A stretch of 62,407 nucleotides of DNA, filler included. It is 5 parts of 5 records of this genome, joined end to end, with 100 filler letters (N's around TTAATTAATTAA, not from the genome) between each part and the next. Parts side by side here need not be neighbours in the genome. Positions count along the whole stretch, not along the records: positions 1 to 27,394 come from SRR20825010_1911; 4 more parts are not named here. One strand, given 5' to 3'. The number at the start of each line of letters is the position of its first letter. The first letter of the stretch is position 1. Both the position numbers and the translations under genes were made by a program. This document shows positions 9,899 to 20,058 of this stretch, one piece after another. The notes below the pieces were generated by a model that worked only from the letters and a program-made list of their open reading frames with translations, did not search any database and was not told the DNA's origin.

Positions 9899-10609
9899 TT
9901 AGTCTTGTAAGGCAAAAACTTGGCGTAGTAAGGTAGTGGTACGCGCGGAAATATTAGTTCTAATATTCTTTTCTTCTACACTAATCATTTTATAAACACC
10001 TTCGAGTGCTTGGTTGGTAACGTAGTCTGTTAGGTCTGTGTTTACTTTAGTTACAAAAGGAACGGAGTTGTATCTAGTGATTATGTTGCTCCATATTTTA
10101 TCTGCTCCAACTTTAGAAAACGAATTTTTAATCACTGGGTTAAATTTTGAATAAAGAGCAGTGTTTGTACGTTGTTCTAAATAGTTTGTTGCGGCATTAT
10201 CTGGGCCGATAAGTATATTTTTTGCATCTGCAAAAGTTATATTCTTCACAGCATCTACAAATATTGGTGTTGCTTCTTTTACAGCGTCTTCAGCTGCGCG
10301 ATTTAATACTTTAAGGCCTTCGTCGGCTAGGCTTCCTAAGCCAATATCTCTAAGAGTTTGATCTACTTTTTGTAATTCTTGTGGTAATAAAATCTTTACC
10401 AATTGATTTTTATAAAAACCATCTTGTTGTGTAAGCTTAGTAACCTGTTTATCGATTCCGTTGTCTAGTGCTTGCTTTAATCCGTTTGCAATAGTTGTGT
10501 TGTCTATGCCTATTTCTGTTTGTGGAAGTGTGTTAACTACTTGTTGTAGTTCGGCACAGGAAATAAAAATAAATAATGAACAGAATAGAAATGCTTTTTT
10601 AATCCACAT
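9899..10609 (-). CDS. DUF4197 family lipoprotein
   Basis: Lipobox FISC; GLKQAL, LNRAAEDAV, EEKNIR motifs. Confidence 0.85.
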   Translation of the reverse strand: MWIKKAFLFCSLFIFISCAELQQVVNTLPQTEIGIDNTTIANGLKQALDNGIDKQVTKLTQQDGFYKNQLVKILLPQELQKVDQTLRDIGLGSLADEGLKVLNRAAEDAVKEATPIFVDAVKNITFADAKNILIGPDNAATNYLEQRTNTALYSKFNPVIKNSFSKVGADKIWSNIITRYNSVPFVTKVNTDLTDYVTNQALEGVYKMISVEEKNIRTNISARTTTLLRQVFALQD

Positions 10610-10636
10610 AGGTTTAGTTTTTAGTTTTTCAAATAT

Positions 10637-10669
10637 AAAAAAGGCCCTTCAATGTTGAAGGGCCTTTTT
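10637..10669. terminator. Intrinsic terminator for the T9SS cargo gene
   Basis: AAAAAAGGCCCTTCAA/TTGAAGGGCCTTTTT hairpin. Confidence 0.8.
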
Positions 10670-10690
10670 AAAAAAAGTATTTAAAAATTC

Positions 10691-11629
10691 TTATTTAAGA
10701 ACTTTTACAGTTTTTGAAGCATCACCGATAGTTACTTTAACTAAGTAAGAACCAGAAGCAAGACCGCTCATGTTGATAGCTGGAGAAATTTTTCCAGGAT
10801 TTTCCTGAAGAACAACTTTTCCTAAGATATCGTATACAGTTACATTGTCTACAGAAGTTGCAGATTTGATATTTAAGATATCAGTAACTGGGTTAGGGTA
10901 TACAGAGAATTTGTTTTCAGTAAAGTTATCAACTGCAAGGATATCACCTTTGAATAATACTACATCATCGATGTACATTTCGTTAGTGTTAGCAGCAGAA
11001 TAGAAATCTAAACCAGCTAATTCAATAAATACTTGAGTTCCGAATTCAAATGGGTAGTCAATTACTACTTGAACGTCATCGATAAACATGTTCCAAGTTT
11101 GAGTGTCTAGGTTATAGATACAGTCAACTTTGAACCACTGATCTTCTGGGTAGCTAAATGGTGCATCAAAGATAGTACAGTCAATTACTCCAGTAACACC
11201 ACCAGAACCACCAGAAGCTCCATCACAGTTAAAGTAAACGTTACCTCCCATTAAAGCTTGAGTCCAAGCAGCACCTTCAGGAGATAATGCAGCTTGCATG
11301 TTGAAGTAACCTGATCTACCAGCTGGAATGTATGCCATAAATTCGATTGAATAAATACCGCTAATTGGTGCATCTGGTACTAAAAGGATGATATCGCTTA
11401 AAGTGTTATCTCCAATAAGTAAAGACTTAGAACCTGAGTTAGATTCATTGTCAGTAACGTCTGCATCATCAGATCCACCGTCAACACCAGACCAGTTTCT
11501 CCAGTCAGGAGACTGTGCTGAGATAGGGCCTAAAGTATAAGATTCCAAATCATCTGTTACGTCTACTTGAGCGTTAGATGAAAAGCTAAATGCACCTAAA
11601 ACAAGTGCTAAAATGTAAATTTTTTTCAT
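10691..11629 (-). CDS. Secreted protein with type IX secretion type A C-terminal sorting domain
   Basis: Signal peptide; C-terminal VYPNPVTDILNI...YDILGK...GSYLVKV...KVLK. Confidence 0.88.
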   Translation of the reverse strand: MKKIYILALVLGAFSFSSNAQVDVTDDLESYTLGPISAQSPDWRNWSGVDGGSDDADVTDNESNSGSKSLLIGDNTLSDIILLVPDAPISGIYSIEFMAYIPAGRSGYFNMQAALSPEGAAWTQALMGGNVYFNCDGASGGSGGVTGVIDCTIFDAPFSYPEDQWFKVDCIYNLDTQTWNMFIDDVQVVIDYPFEFGTQVFIELAGLDFYSAANTNEMYIDDVVLFKGDILAVDNFTENKFSVYPNPVTDILNIKSATSVDNVTVYDILGKVVLQENPGKISPAINMSGLASGSYLVKVTIGDASKTVKVLK

Positions 11630-11793
11630 AATGTTAAGTTTTTAATTGTTTAATATTGATGCTGCAAGATACAAAAATATTATATTACTGCAACAAATTT
11701 GAAAAATATTTATACTATCATTATTGACCTAACGTGCCATTTTCGTTGTGTTTTAACTAAATTTGCATTTTAAAGAAATAAGTAAAACATATT

Positions 11794-14700
11794 ATGCAAG
11801 ATATAAATCCTTACAAACCAAAATATAAAGTTCGTATTGTTACCGCAGCTTCACTTTTTGATGGTCATGATGCAGCCATTAATATTATGCGTCGTATTAT
11901 ACAATCTACAGGGGTAGAAGTAATACATTTAGGTCATGACCGAAGTGTTGAAGAGGTTGTAAATACTGCAATCCAAGAAGATGCAAATGCAATTGCACTT
12001 ACTTCATACCAAGGTGGGCATACAGAATACTTTAAGTATATGTATGATTTATTGAAAGAAAAAGGTGCCAGTCATATTAAAATATTTGGCGGCGGCGGCG
12101 GCGTAATTCTTCCTTCGGAAATAAAAGAATTAATGGATTACGGCATCACTCGTATTTATGCTCCCGATGATGGACGAGAAATGGGTCTTCAAGGAATGAT
12201 TAATGATTTGGTTAAACAATCTGATTATGCCATTGGTGATAAATTAAATGGGGAAATCGATAGATTACCTCAAAAAGAAATAGGAGCTATAGCAAGAATT
12301 ATTTCAGCAGCTGAAAATTTCCCTGAAATTGCAAAAGAAACGCTGGATGAAATTCATATAAAAAATAAAGAAATTGCTACCCCTGTTTTAGGAATTACAG
12401 GAACAGGAGGCGCCGGAAAATCATCATTGGTAGATGAACTCGTTAGAAGATTTCTAATAGATTTCCCAGAAAAAACCATTGGTATTGTTTCCGTAGACCC
12501 TTCAAAAAGAAAAACGGGTGGTGCATTGTTAGGCGATCGTATTCGAATGAATGCTATTAATTCACCAAGAGTTTATATGCGTAGTTTGGCGACACGCCAA
12601 AGCAATCTTGCTCTTTCAAAATATGTTGCGGAAGCTATTGAAGTATTAAAAGCTGCGGAATATGATTTAATTATTCTTGAAACATCAGGAATTGGACAAA
12701 GTGATACCGAAATTTTAGAGCATAGCGATGTTTCACTATATGTGATGACGCCAGAATTTGGCGCCGCAACGCAACTAGAGAAAATTGACATGTTGGATTT
12801 TGCCGATTTGGTGGCGATAAACAAATTTGACAAACGCGGTTCGCTAGATGCGCTTCGTGATGTTAAAAAACAGTACGTCCGCAACCATCACCTTTGGGAT
12901 ACTCCACAAGAAGATCTTCCAGTTTATGGAACAATTGCATCCCAATTTAATGACCCAGGAATGAATAAGCTATACAAAGCAGTGATGGGTGAAATTGTTG
13001 AAAAAACGAAGGCTGATTTAAAAAGTGATTTTCACGTTTCAGAAGAAATGGAAGAAAAAATCTTTGTAATTCCACCTTCTAGAACACGCTACCTTTCAGA
13101 AATTTCTGAAAGTAATAGAGCGTATGATAAAAAAGCAAACGAGCAGTCTGAAGTTGCACAAAAACTTTATGGAATTTTTAAAGCAATGGAATCCATTTCT
13201 GGTAAAAAACCAGCGCTTGATAAAGGAGGAATAATTTCTGAATCTATTGTAAGTTCAGAAGAAAACAACGGTTTATTAAAAATGCTTCTTGCTGAGTTTG
13301 ATCGTGAAAAATTGAATTTAGATCCTTATAATTGGGAAATAATTACAGCTTGGGGTGAAAAAGTTAATAAGTACAAAAATCCTATCTACACTTTTAAAGT
13401 CCGTGGAAAAGAACTGAATATTGAAACGCATACCGAATCACTTTCGCACACTCAAATTCCAAAAGTTTCGCTCCCTAAATATCAGGCTTGGGGCGATATA
13501 TTGAAATGGGAACTTCAAGAAAATGTGCCGGGAGAGTTTCCGTATACTTCTGGTCTTTACCCTTTTAAGCGAACTGGTGAAGATCCTGCGCGTATGTTTG
13601 CAGGTGAAGGTGGGCCAGAACGTACAAACCGACGCTTTCATTATGTGAGTTTGGGCTTGCCAGCTAAAAGACTTTCTACCGCTTTTGATAGTGTTACGTT
13701 ATACGGAAATGATCCAGATCACCGTCCAGATATTTATGGTAAAATTGGTAATGCGGGGGTTTCTATTTGTTGCCTTGATGATGCCAAAAAACTTTATTCT
13801 GGGTTTGATTTAAGTCATCCGTTAACTTCTGTGAGTATGACGATTAATGGTCCTGCACCAATGTTGTTGGGCTTTTTTATGAATGCAGCAATCGATCAGA
13901 ATTGTGAAAAATATATTACTGAAAATGGACTGGAAGAAACTGTAGAAGAAAAAATAAACCAGATATACAAAGAAAAAGGAATTGAGCGTCCAAAATATCA
14001 AGGAGAATTGCCTGAATCTAACAATGGCCTTGGGCTGATGTTGCTTGGTGTAACTGGAGATTTGGTTTTGGAAGCAGAAGTTTATAATAAAATTAAGTTT
14101 GAAACATTACAACAAGTTCGTGGTACGGTTCAAGCAGATATTTTAAAGGAAGATCAAGCTCAGAACACGTGTATTTTTTCAACAGAATTTGCACTTCGAT
14201 TAATGGGTGATGTGCAGGAGTATTTCATTGAGAAAAAAGTTCGAAATTTTTATTCGGTATCTATTAGTGGGTACCACATTGCTGAAGCAGGTGCAAACCC
14301 AATAACTCAGCTAGCTTTCACACTTTCTAATGGCTTCACGTATGTGGAGTATTATTTAAGTCGTGGGATGGATATTAATGAATTTGGACCGAACCTTTCT
14401 TTTTTCTTTAGCAACGGAATTGATCCAGAATACGCGGTTATTGGAAGAGTAGCTCGAAAAATTTGGGCAAAAGCTTTAAAGGAAAAATACGGTGCAAACC
14501 CAAGAGCGCAAATGTTGAAATACCATATTCAAACATCTGGGCGTTCACTTCACGCGCAGGAAATTGATTTTAATGATATTCGTACAACGCTTCAAGCTTT
14601 GTATGCAATTTACGACAATTGTAATTCGCTGCATACCAATGCGTATGATGAGGCAATTACAACACCTACAGAAGAAAGCGTGCGCCGCGCAATGGCAATC

Positions 14701-15219
14701 CAGTTAATAATTAATAAGGAATTGGGGCTTGCAAAAAATGAAAACCCAATACAAGGTTCTTTTATTATTGAAGAATTAACGGATCTTGTTGAAGAAGCAG
14801 TTTTAAAGGAATTTGACAGTATTACAGAACGTGGTGGTGTATTGGGTGCGATGGAAACAATGTACCAGCGTAGCAAAATTCAAGAAGAAAGTCTGTATTA
14901 TGAAACGTTGAAGCACAATGGAGATTTCCCAATTATAGGTGTAAATACGTTTCTGAGCAGCAAAGGTTCGCCAACAGTTCTTCCTGCAGAAGTGATTCGT
15001 GCAACCGAAGAAGAAAAGCAAGTTCAGATAGAAACACTCAATAATTTACATAAAATGTATGGCGATAAAGCAACTTCAGCTATTGAAAATGTAAAAACAG
15101 CAGCTATACACAACGATAATATGTTCGAAAAACTAATGGAAGCAACTAAAGTTTGTTCTTTAGGGCAGATTACTGAATCTCTATTTGAAGTAGGCGGACA
15201 ATACCGAAGAAATATGTAG
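11794..15219 (+). CDS. icmF: Fused isobutyryl-CoA mutase / MeaB-like GTPase
   Basis: N-terminal B12-binding DGHD motif, P-loop [10 protein letters not shown]-terminal mutase barrel ([27 protein letters not shown]). Confidence 0.92.
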   Translation: MQDINPYKPKYKVRIVTAASLFDGHDAAINIMRRIIQSTGVEVIHLGHDRSVEEVVNTAIQEDANAIALTSYQGGHTEYFKYMYDLLKEKGASHIKIFGGGGGVILPSEIKELMDYGITRIYAPDDGREMGLQGMINDLVKQSDYAIGDKLNGEIDRLPQKEIGAIARIISAAENFPEIAKETLDEIHIKNKEIATPVLGITGTGGAGKSSLVDELVRRFLIDFPEKTIGIVSVDPSKRKTGGALLGDRIRMNAINSPRVYMRSLATRQSNLALSKYVAEAIEVLKAAEYDLIILETSGIGQSDTEILEHSDVSLYVMTPEFGAATQLEKIDMLDFADLVAINKFDKRGSLDALRDVKKQYVRNHHLWDTPQEDLPVYGTIASQFNDPGMNKLYKAVMGEIVEKTKADLKSDFHVSEEMEEKIFVIPPSRTRYLSEISESNRAYDKKANEQSEVAQKLYGIFKAMESISGKKPALDKGGIISESIVSSEENNGLLKMLLAEFDREKLNLDPYNWEIITAWGEKVNKYKNPIYTFKVRGKELNIETHTESLSHTQIPKVSLPKYQAWGDILKWELQENVPGEFPYTSGLYPFKRTGEDPARMFAGEGGPERTNRRFHYVSLGLPAKRLSTAFDSVTLYGNDPDHRPDIYGKIGNAGVSICCLDDAKKLYSGFDLSHPLTSVSMTINGPAPMLLGFFMNAAIDQNCEKYITENGLEETVEEKINQIYKEKGIERPKYQGELPESNNGLGLMLLGVTGDLVLEAEVYNKIKFETLQQVRGTVQADILKEDQAQNTCIFSTEFALRLMGDVQEYFIEKKVRNFYSVSISGYHIAEAGANPITQLAFTLSNGFTYVEYYLSRGMDINEFGPNLSFFFSNGIDPEYAVIGRVARKIWAKALKEKYGANPRAQMLKYHIQTSGRSLHAQEIDFNDIRTTLQALYAIYDNCNSLHTNAYDEAITTPTEESVRRAMAIQLIINKELGLAKNENPIQGSFIIEELTDLVEEAVLKEFDSITERGGVLGAMETMYQRSKIQEESLYYETLKHNGDFPIIGVNTFLSSKGSPTVLPAEVIRATEEEKQVQIETLNNLHKMYGDKATSAIENVKTAAIHNDNMFEKLMEATKVCSLGQITESLFEVGGQYRRNM

Positions 15220-15325
15220 TAATAGAGAAGTGTTAACTATAAAAAAAAATCAATTTTCCAGTTCTTTCGAATTGGGAAATTGATTTCAAACAAATAATTA
15301 AACAATTAAAAATTTTCTTATTAAG

Positions 15326-15721
15326 CTACAGTGTCAATCTCCATGTATGTTGTAGTTTTCTAAATTTTTTAAGCTCTTTTTGAAGTAATGGTAAAAAATC
15401 TTTACCGTTGCTATTCACTCTTTCTAGGCGTTCGCAATTTTTGTAAAGCAAGTTGGAAAGACGCATAACAGAAGCTGCATGTTTCTGTTTTTCTTCAGAA
15501 AATGGTTGGCTTTCAGCTTTCAGAATTTGTGGACCTAACGATACAGATTGTTGTACTATATCGCCAGTGTAATAAATATGTGGATCTTCTATTCCATTTC
15601 TTTGAAGATGAGCAAGATCATGGCTTAAATATCTAGATATATTACTGGCCAATGAAAATATTTCCAATGACTTTTTATAGATAGCAGACTGCGTATTATT
15701 TCCGAAAGAATGGAGTGACAT
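15326..15721 (-). CDS. Hypothetical protein, possibly four-helix-bundle fold
   Basis: 131 aa, amphipathic helices; IYKKSLEIF near the N-terminus, ELKKFRKLQHTW near the C-terminus. Confidence 0.65.
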   Translation of the reverse strand: MSLHSFGNNTQSAIYKKSLEIFSLASNISRYLSHDLAHLQRNGIEDPHIYYTGDIVQQSVSLGPQILKAESQPFSEEKQKHAASVMRLSNLLYKNCERLERVNSNGKDFLPLLQKELKKFRKLQHTWRLTL

Positions 15722-15839
15722 TTTTCTTTTTTTATTTTAATCAAATTTAATCACAAGCCTTGTGATTGTGCTATTGATATTAAAGTTAATCTGTATATTT
15801 GCTTTAATTATTGATTTATTTAATCCTTAAACTTTAATT

Positions 15840-16283
15840 ATGGCTATAGATTCTTTAAATTGGAAAATACTAAAATGCCTCCAAAAAAACGCTCGCCAGC
15901 CCAATACTGAAATTGGTAGGCAAGTTGGAATTAGTTCACCAGCCGTTTCCGAACGAATAAAAAAAATGGAAGATTCTGGGATTATCAACGGGTATTTCAC
16001 AGACGTTTCTCCTCTTGAAGCTGGATATCAATTTAAAGCTATAATAACACTTCGCGCATTTATGGGAAAACTAAAGCCATTTTTAGAAATCGTAAAAACC
16101 TATGATGAAGTTCTTAACTGCTATCGAATTACTGGAAATGAAAATATCGTGATGGAAGTTGTACTAAAAAACCAAAAACATTTGGAGGTTTTTATTGATC
16201 AACTTATTGTTTACGGTGAAACAAAAACACAAATAGTACTTTCACGAGTAGTAAAAAATAACGACTTAAAACCGTTGATTTAG
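15840..16283 (+). CDS. Lrp/AsnC family transcriptional regulator
   Basis: HTH ILKCLQKNAR...VGISSPAVSERIKKMEDSGII; RAM domain CYRITG. Confidence 0.92.
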   Translation: MAIDSLNWKILKCLQKNARQPNTEIGRQVGISSPAVSERIKKMEDSGIINGYFTDVSPLEAGYQFKAIITLRAFMGKLKPFLEIVKTYDEVLNCYRITGNENIVMEVVLKNQKHLEVFIDQLIVYGETKTQIVLSRVVKNNDLKPLI

Positions 16284-16311
16284 TTCTGATTTCTATTAAA
16301 AAAAATCTATT

Positions 16312-17535
16312 CTAAATATTTTCAGGTTTAGATTTTTTTAATAATTGGTAGAGCCATATCGTTAAACCACAGATTAATAGCATGAATATAGCGAAAAAGG
16401 TCCAAGTCTTAAAATACCCAAAACTATTTACTAAATTCATTCCGCCATTATGCCCAATTAAATGAGCAAAACTAAAACTCATGCTGTAAAAAGCCATATA
16501 ACTTCCTTTTCTGCCTTTTGGAGCCATTTCTAAAGCAAGTGCGTTTGAAAAAGGAAAACCAATCATTTCTCCTAATGTCATTAATAACATTGCGATAACC
16601 AAAATTCCGCTCCAGCTGGTAAAATTTAATACTAAAAAGCTTAGTCCTAAAAAGAAAATTCCCCAAAAAGTAGCCATTGTTTTTGATACTTTTTTACGAT
16701 CAAGCCAACCTATAAGCGGCATTTCAAAAATAACTATCGTAGCTCCATTTAAAAACATAAGCCAACCTATTACATCTTCAGATAAAAAGTGTGCTTTTTC
16801 ATAATATACTGGCATAACCGAAAAATATTGAACAAAAGCAAGGCTATTTGCCACCATAATAATGAAGAACAATATAAAAAGTTTGTTTAAATATGGTGGT
16901 AATCCTTCTTTGATTAAGGCCGTTTTTTCATCGTCTGTATCTTTTTGCTTCTTTGGTTTTAAAAGTATAAAAACTCCTAGTGAGGCAATCATACATGAAA
17001 GCCCGTCTATCCAAAATAATGCAGTATAATTGATATGGGCAATAATTAACCCTCCTAATAAGGGTCCAACAGAAAAACCTAAGTTAATTGCTAATCTAAT
17101 TAGAGTAATGCTTCGTGTAGTGTTACCAGGGCGACTGTATGTATCTGCTGCAACAAAAATTGCTGGTCGGCCAGCATCTGCCATTAAGGTTAATAAGAAA
17201 ATGCCAATACAAAAACCATAAAAAGTACTTATGTATTGAAGTAAAATAAACCCAACACCTCCAAAAAATAGACTTAAAAGTATAACCTTATAAAATCCAA
17301 TGGTATCTGTTAACCTTCCTCCAATATAGGTGCCTGCTAAAGAGCCAAGACCAAAGCACGACATAATCCATCCTACTTGGGGTAAATTAAAACCTTCTTC
17401 GTTTATAAGGTAGAGCGATAGAAAGGGTATTACCATTGCTCCAGCTCTATTTATAAAGGTAACGAGAGACAACAGCCATATTTCACGAGACAAGCCGTGA
17501 AAGTTTGCTATGTAATTTGAGTATATTTTTCTCAT
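16312..17535 (-). CDS. MFS transporter
   Basis: About 12 TM helices, motif A GGRLTDTIG, NLGFSVGPLLGG. Confidence 0.92.
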   Translation of the reverse strand: MRKIYSNYIANFHGLSREIWLLSLVTFINRAGAMVIPFLSLYLINEEGFNLPQVGWIMSCFGLGSLAGTYIGGRLTDTIGFYKVILLSLFFGGVGFILLQYISTFYGFCIGIFLLTLMADAGRPAIFVAADTYSRPGNTTRSITLIRLAINLGFSVGPLLGGLIIAHINYTALFWIDGLSCMIASLGVFILLKPKKQKDTDDEKTALIKEGLPPYLNKLFILFFIIMVANSLAFVQYFSVMPVYYEKAHFLSEDVIGWLMFLNGATIVIFEMPLIGWLDRKKVSKTMATFWGIFFLGLSFLVLNFTSWSGILVIAMLLMTLGEMIGFPFSNALALEMAPKGRKGSYMAFYSMSFSFAHLIGHNGGMNLVNSFGYFKTWTFFAIFMLLICGLTIWLYQLLKKSKPENI

Positions 17536-17557
17536 TGTAGGTTAGTGGTATAAAAGT

Positions 17558-17587
17558 AAAACGTCCCGGTTTTAGCCGGGACGTTTT
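17558..17587 (-). terminator. Attenuator terminator in the MFS leader
   Basis: Perfect 12-bp stem AAAACGTCCCGG/CCGGGACGTTTT with UUUUACUUUU tail, 22 nt before the MFS start codon. Confidence 0.8.
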
Positions 17588-17615
17588 TATATTGAAAAAA
17601 TCTATTTCATTATAG

Positions 17616-17690
17616 TCAATACATACATCGCCGGCATTTCCTTTTTGAAATGACTTGAGTGGTTAAATTGCTATATGATCTAAATTTCAT
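17616..17690 (-). CDS. Putative leader peptide MKFRSYSNLTTQVISKRKCRRCMY
   Basis: 24-codon uORF between a TACATTTG -7 element (17710-17717) and the terminator; its 3' end is complementary to the terminator 5' arm. Confidence 0.65.
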   Translation of the reverse strand: MKFRSYSNLTTQVISKRKCRRCMY

Positions 17691-17802
17691 TTTTTAATTA
17701 AATAGAATTCAAATGTAGTGAAAAAATTAATTGTTAGAATATTTTTTTAAATCATAAGAAAACTCATTTCTTTAAATTCTTTTCTATTTTTACTAAAAAC
17801 TA

Positions 17803-18411
17803 ATGATGAAGAAGTTACCTATATTTTTGCTGTTATTATTTAGTAGCATGCTAATTGCACAGAATGATGTTTTGATTTCTGAAAGCAAAGCAGCACAAAT
17901 TGAATTGAACGAAGAATTTAGCAATTCTGAAACCACGATTTTAGAACCAGCAGATTTTAAAAATTTTCATGGGTTGGAATTCTATCCAATTAATGAAAAA
18001 TTTATAATCGAAGCTAAATTTGTGCGAACGCCAAACGAGAAGCCCTTTTTAATGCCAACTACCACCGACCGATTGCCTGAATACATAAAATATGGGGAAG
18101 CACATTTTACAATTGAAGGAGTAGACTTAGTATTAAACCTTTTTAAGAGTGTGCAACCTTATGATGAGCCTGGCTATGAAGACTATTTATTTCTTCCTTT
18201 TACCGATTTAACAAGTGGAGACGGCTCATATGGTGGTGGAAGATTTTTAGATCAACGCATACCAGAAGGCGATACTATTTTAATCGATTTTAACAAAGCG
18301 TACAATCCGTATTGTGCTTATAGTGCACGGTATTCGTGCCCGATCCCTCCAAAAGAAAATGATTTATTAATTAGAATTGAAGCAGGGGTAAAGGACTTTG
18401 GGAAGCATTAA
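17803..18411 (+). CDS. DUF1684 family protein
   Basis: LFLPFTDLTSG, YGGGRFLD, IDFNKAYNPYCAY...CPIPPKEN. Confidence 0.88.
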   Translation: MMKKLPIFLLLLFSSMLIAQNDVLISESKAAQIELNEEFSNSETTILEPADFKNFHGLEFYPINEKFIIEAKFVRTPNEKPFLMPTTTDRLPEYIKYGEAHFTIEGVDLVLNLFKSVQPYDEPGYEDYLFLPFTDLTSGDGSYGGGRFLDQRIPEGDTILIDFNKAYNPYCAYSARYSCPIPPKENDLLIRIEAGVKDFGKH

Positions 18412-18779
18412 AAAAACTTTACCAACCACATTCCCAAAAAAACCATTGCAAAACCAACTACAAAACTTGCAATTGTATAAAGTGCGAAAGTTATAAAATC
18501 ACCAGATTTTAGGAATAAATGATTTTCATAGGCAAAGGTTGAAAAGGTAGTAAAGCCACCACAAAATCCAGTAGCTAAAAATAAAACTGTATTTGCGGAA
18601 AACGTTTCATTTTTTAGAGCCAATCCAAGGATAACACCAATTAATAAGCTTCCTAAAATATTTGCAACAAACGTTCCGTAGGGAATTCCGGTTTCAAAGC
18701 TATTTAAGTATTTTGAAAGACCATATCGCAAGGTGCTTCCAAGGCCACCACCAATAAAAACCAATGCTAATTGCTTCAT
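18408..18779 (-). CDS. crcB: Fluoride efflux channel
   Basis: GGGLGSTLRY, GTFVANILG, TGFCGGFTTFSTF. Confidence 0.95.
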   Translation of the reverse strand: MKQLALVFIGGGLGSTLRYGLSKYLNSFETGIPYGTFVANILGSLLIGVILGLALKNETFSANTVLFLATGFCGGFTTFSTFAYENHLFLKSGDFITFALYTIASFVVGFAMVFLGMWLVKFF

Positions 18780-18856
18780 TTATCTATATTATTTTTTTAA
18801 AAAAGTAGCTGAGAATAAACTTTTACTTGTTTAAAAAATATCGCGTAATAGTTTTT

Positions 18857-19912
18857 TTATAATGCCTTCCCACCAGATTCTGGAGTTGTGATAATAGGGA
18901 TGTAAACTTCTGTTAGCCATTTTGCTGGATTTGGATTTTCTTCTGGATCTGTAATGTAAACTTCAAATAATTTTCCTTTCGGATCTACTTGTAGCCCATT
19001 TTTTTCAATGTATAATCTTCCTTTTGCATATGCTTCAGAAAGATGTTTGTAATTTCCTTTTAGAGAAGTTTTAACTGCAGCTACGGGGTTCATAAACCCA
19101 CAAACCACTGGGCTCCCTTGAGGTGTAATTACTTGTTCTTTTACAGGAATTCCTGTTGAAAAAATAACAGTCCCATTTTGAGTATCTATTTCATTATATA
19201 CTGTAAAAGGCTTTCCAGCCATATTTAGATTATTTTTTTGAATAAATTGCATTACTTCATTCATCATTGGGCCCGTTTTTTCATCAAGTTCCTCTTCTTT
19301 TGCAACTGATGTTGTGTACATATAATAACCGCCGCCGTATTGAGTAACGCCATCTACATTGATGGAATATTGTCTCATATCTTCAGCAACTTCTTCCGAA
19401 ATTCCTTCAAGGCCATTTTTATACATTTGGTGCATTGCTGCGTCAAAATCAAACCCACTAAATGAATAGTATGCTTTGTCAACCATTGTATGCTCGCCTT
19501 TCATACTCCAGGTCACATTTGTACCGCCGTCTACTTCTTCAAAAGTCCATAATACTTTTGGATTACGTTCTCCGGCAGGGGTATTCAAGGTTAAATTTTG
19601 TTCTATCTCTTTATTCGGTATTACTTTCGTTGTCATCATGGATCCGCTCATTTCACCATCCCACGAATATGAGGCACCTTCACCAGAAGTTTTTTCAGCA
19701 TAATTAAATACCATTGTAGAATCTTCTTTTTTCCATGGGCCCCATGTTTCCCATGTTTTATAGTCATTCACTTTACTGAAAATAACTTGGGGTGGCGCTT
19801 GGATTACCATGCTTTCTTGGATGTCGTAATTTCCGTCTTTAGTGCCAAAATAAATAGCACTTCCAATAATGATTATTAAGATAAGAAAAAGTAAGTATTT
19901 TATAATTTTCAT
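18857..19912 (-). CDS. SRPBCC plus GyrI-like domain membrane-anchored protein
   Basis: N-terminal TM helix, WETWGPW...GEGASYSW START-like domain, C-terminal EVYITDP...WLTEVYIP. Confidence 0.8.
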   Translation of the reverse strand: MKIIKYLLFLILIIIIGSAIYFGTKDGNYDIQESMVIQAPPQVIFSKVNDYKTWETWGPWKKEDSTMVFNYAEKTSGEGASYSWDGEMSGSMMTTKVIPNKEIEQNLTLNTPAGERNPKVLWTFEEVDGGTNVTWSMKGEHTMVDKAYYSFSGFDFDAAMHQMYKNGLEGISEEVAEDMRQYSINVDGVTQYGGGYYMYTTSVAKEEELDEKTGPMMNEVMQFIQKNNLNMAGKPFTVYNEIDTQNGTVIFSTGIPVKEQVITPQGSPVVCGFMNPVAAVKTSLKGNYKHLSEAYAKGRLYIEKNGLQVDPKGKLFEVYITDPEENPNPAKWLTEVYIPIITTPESGGKAL

Positions 19913-20058
19913 TTGGTTGAGGTATTAATGGAGTTGCTAAGGTAATGAAAAAACATGGATGCTTTTGAAAATCAGTGTTTCCTATATTGTAAGGATTTCC
20001 TGCCTTAAAATTGCGAATAATATTTTAGTACATTTGCTTAAATCTTAAATTTTCTAAA

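Noticed and set aside
11630-11793. Cobalamin riboswitch upstream of icmF
   Set aside because: No B12-box or GGGAA-type conserved elements visible; the short spacer holds divergent promoters.
15326-15721. Diversity-generating retroelement (Avd-like gene)
   Set aside because: No reverse transcriptase and no template/variable repeat pair on the contig.
18780-18856. Fluoride riboswitch upstream of crcB
   Set aside because: The AT-rich spacer lacks the GGCGAUGG...CGCC pseudoknot core.
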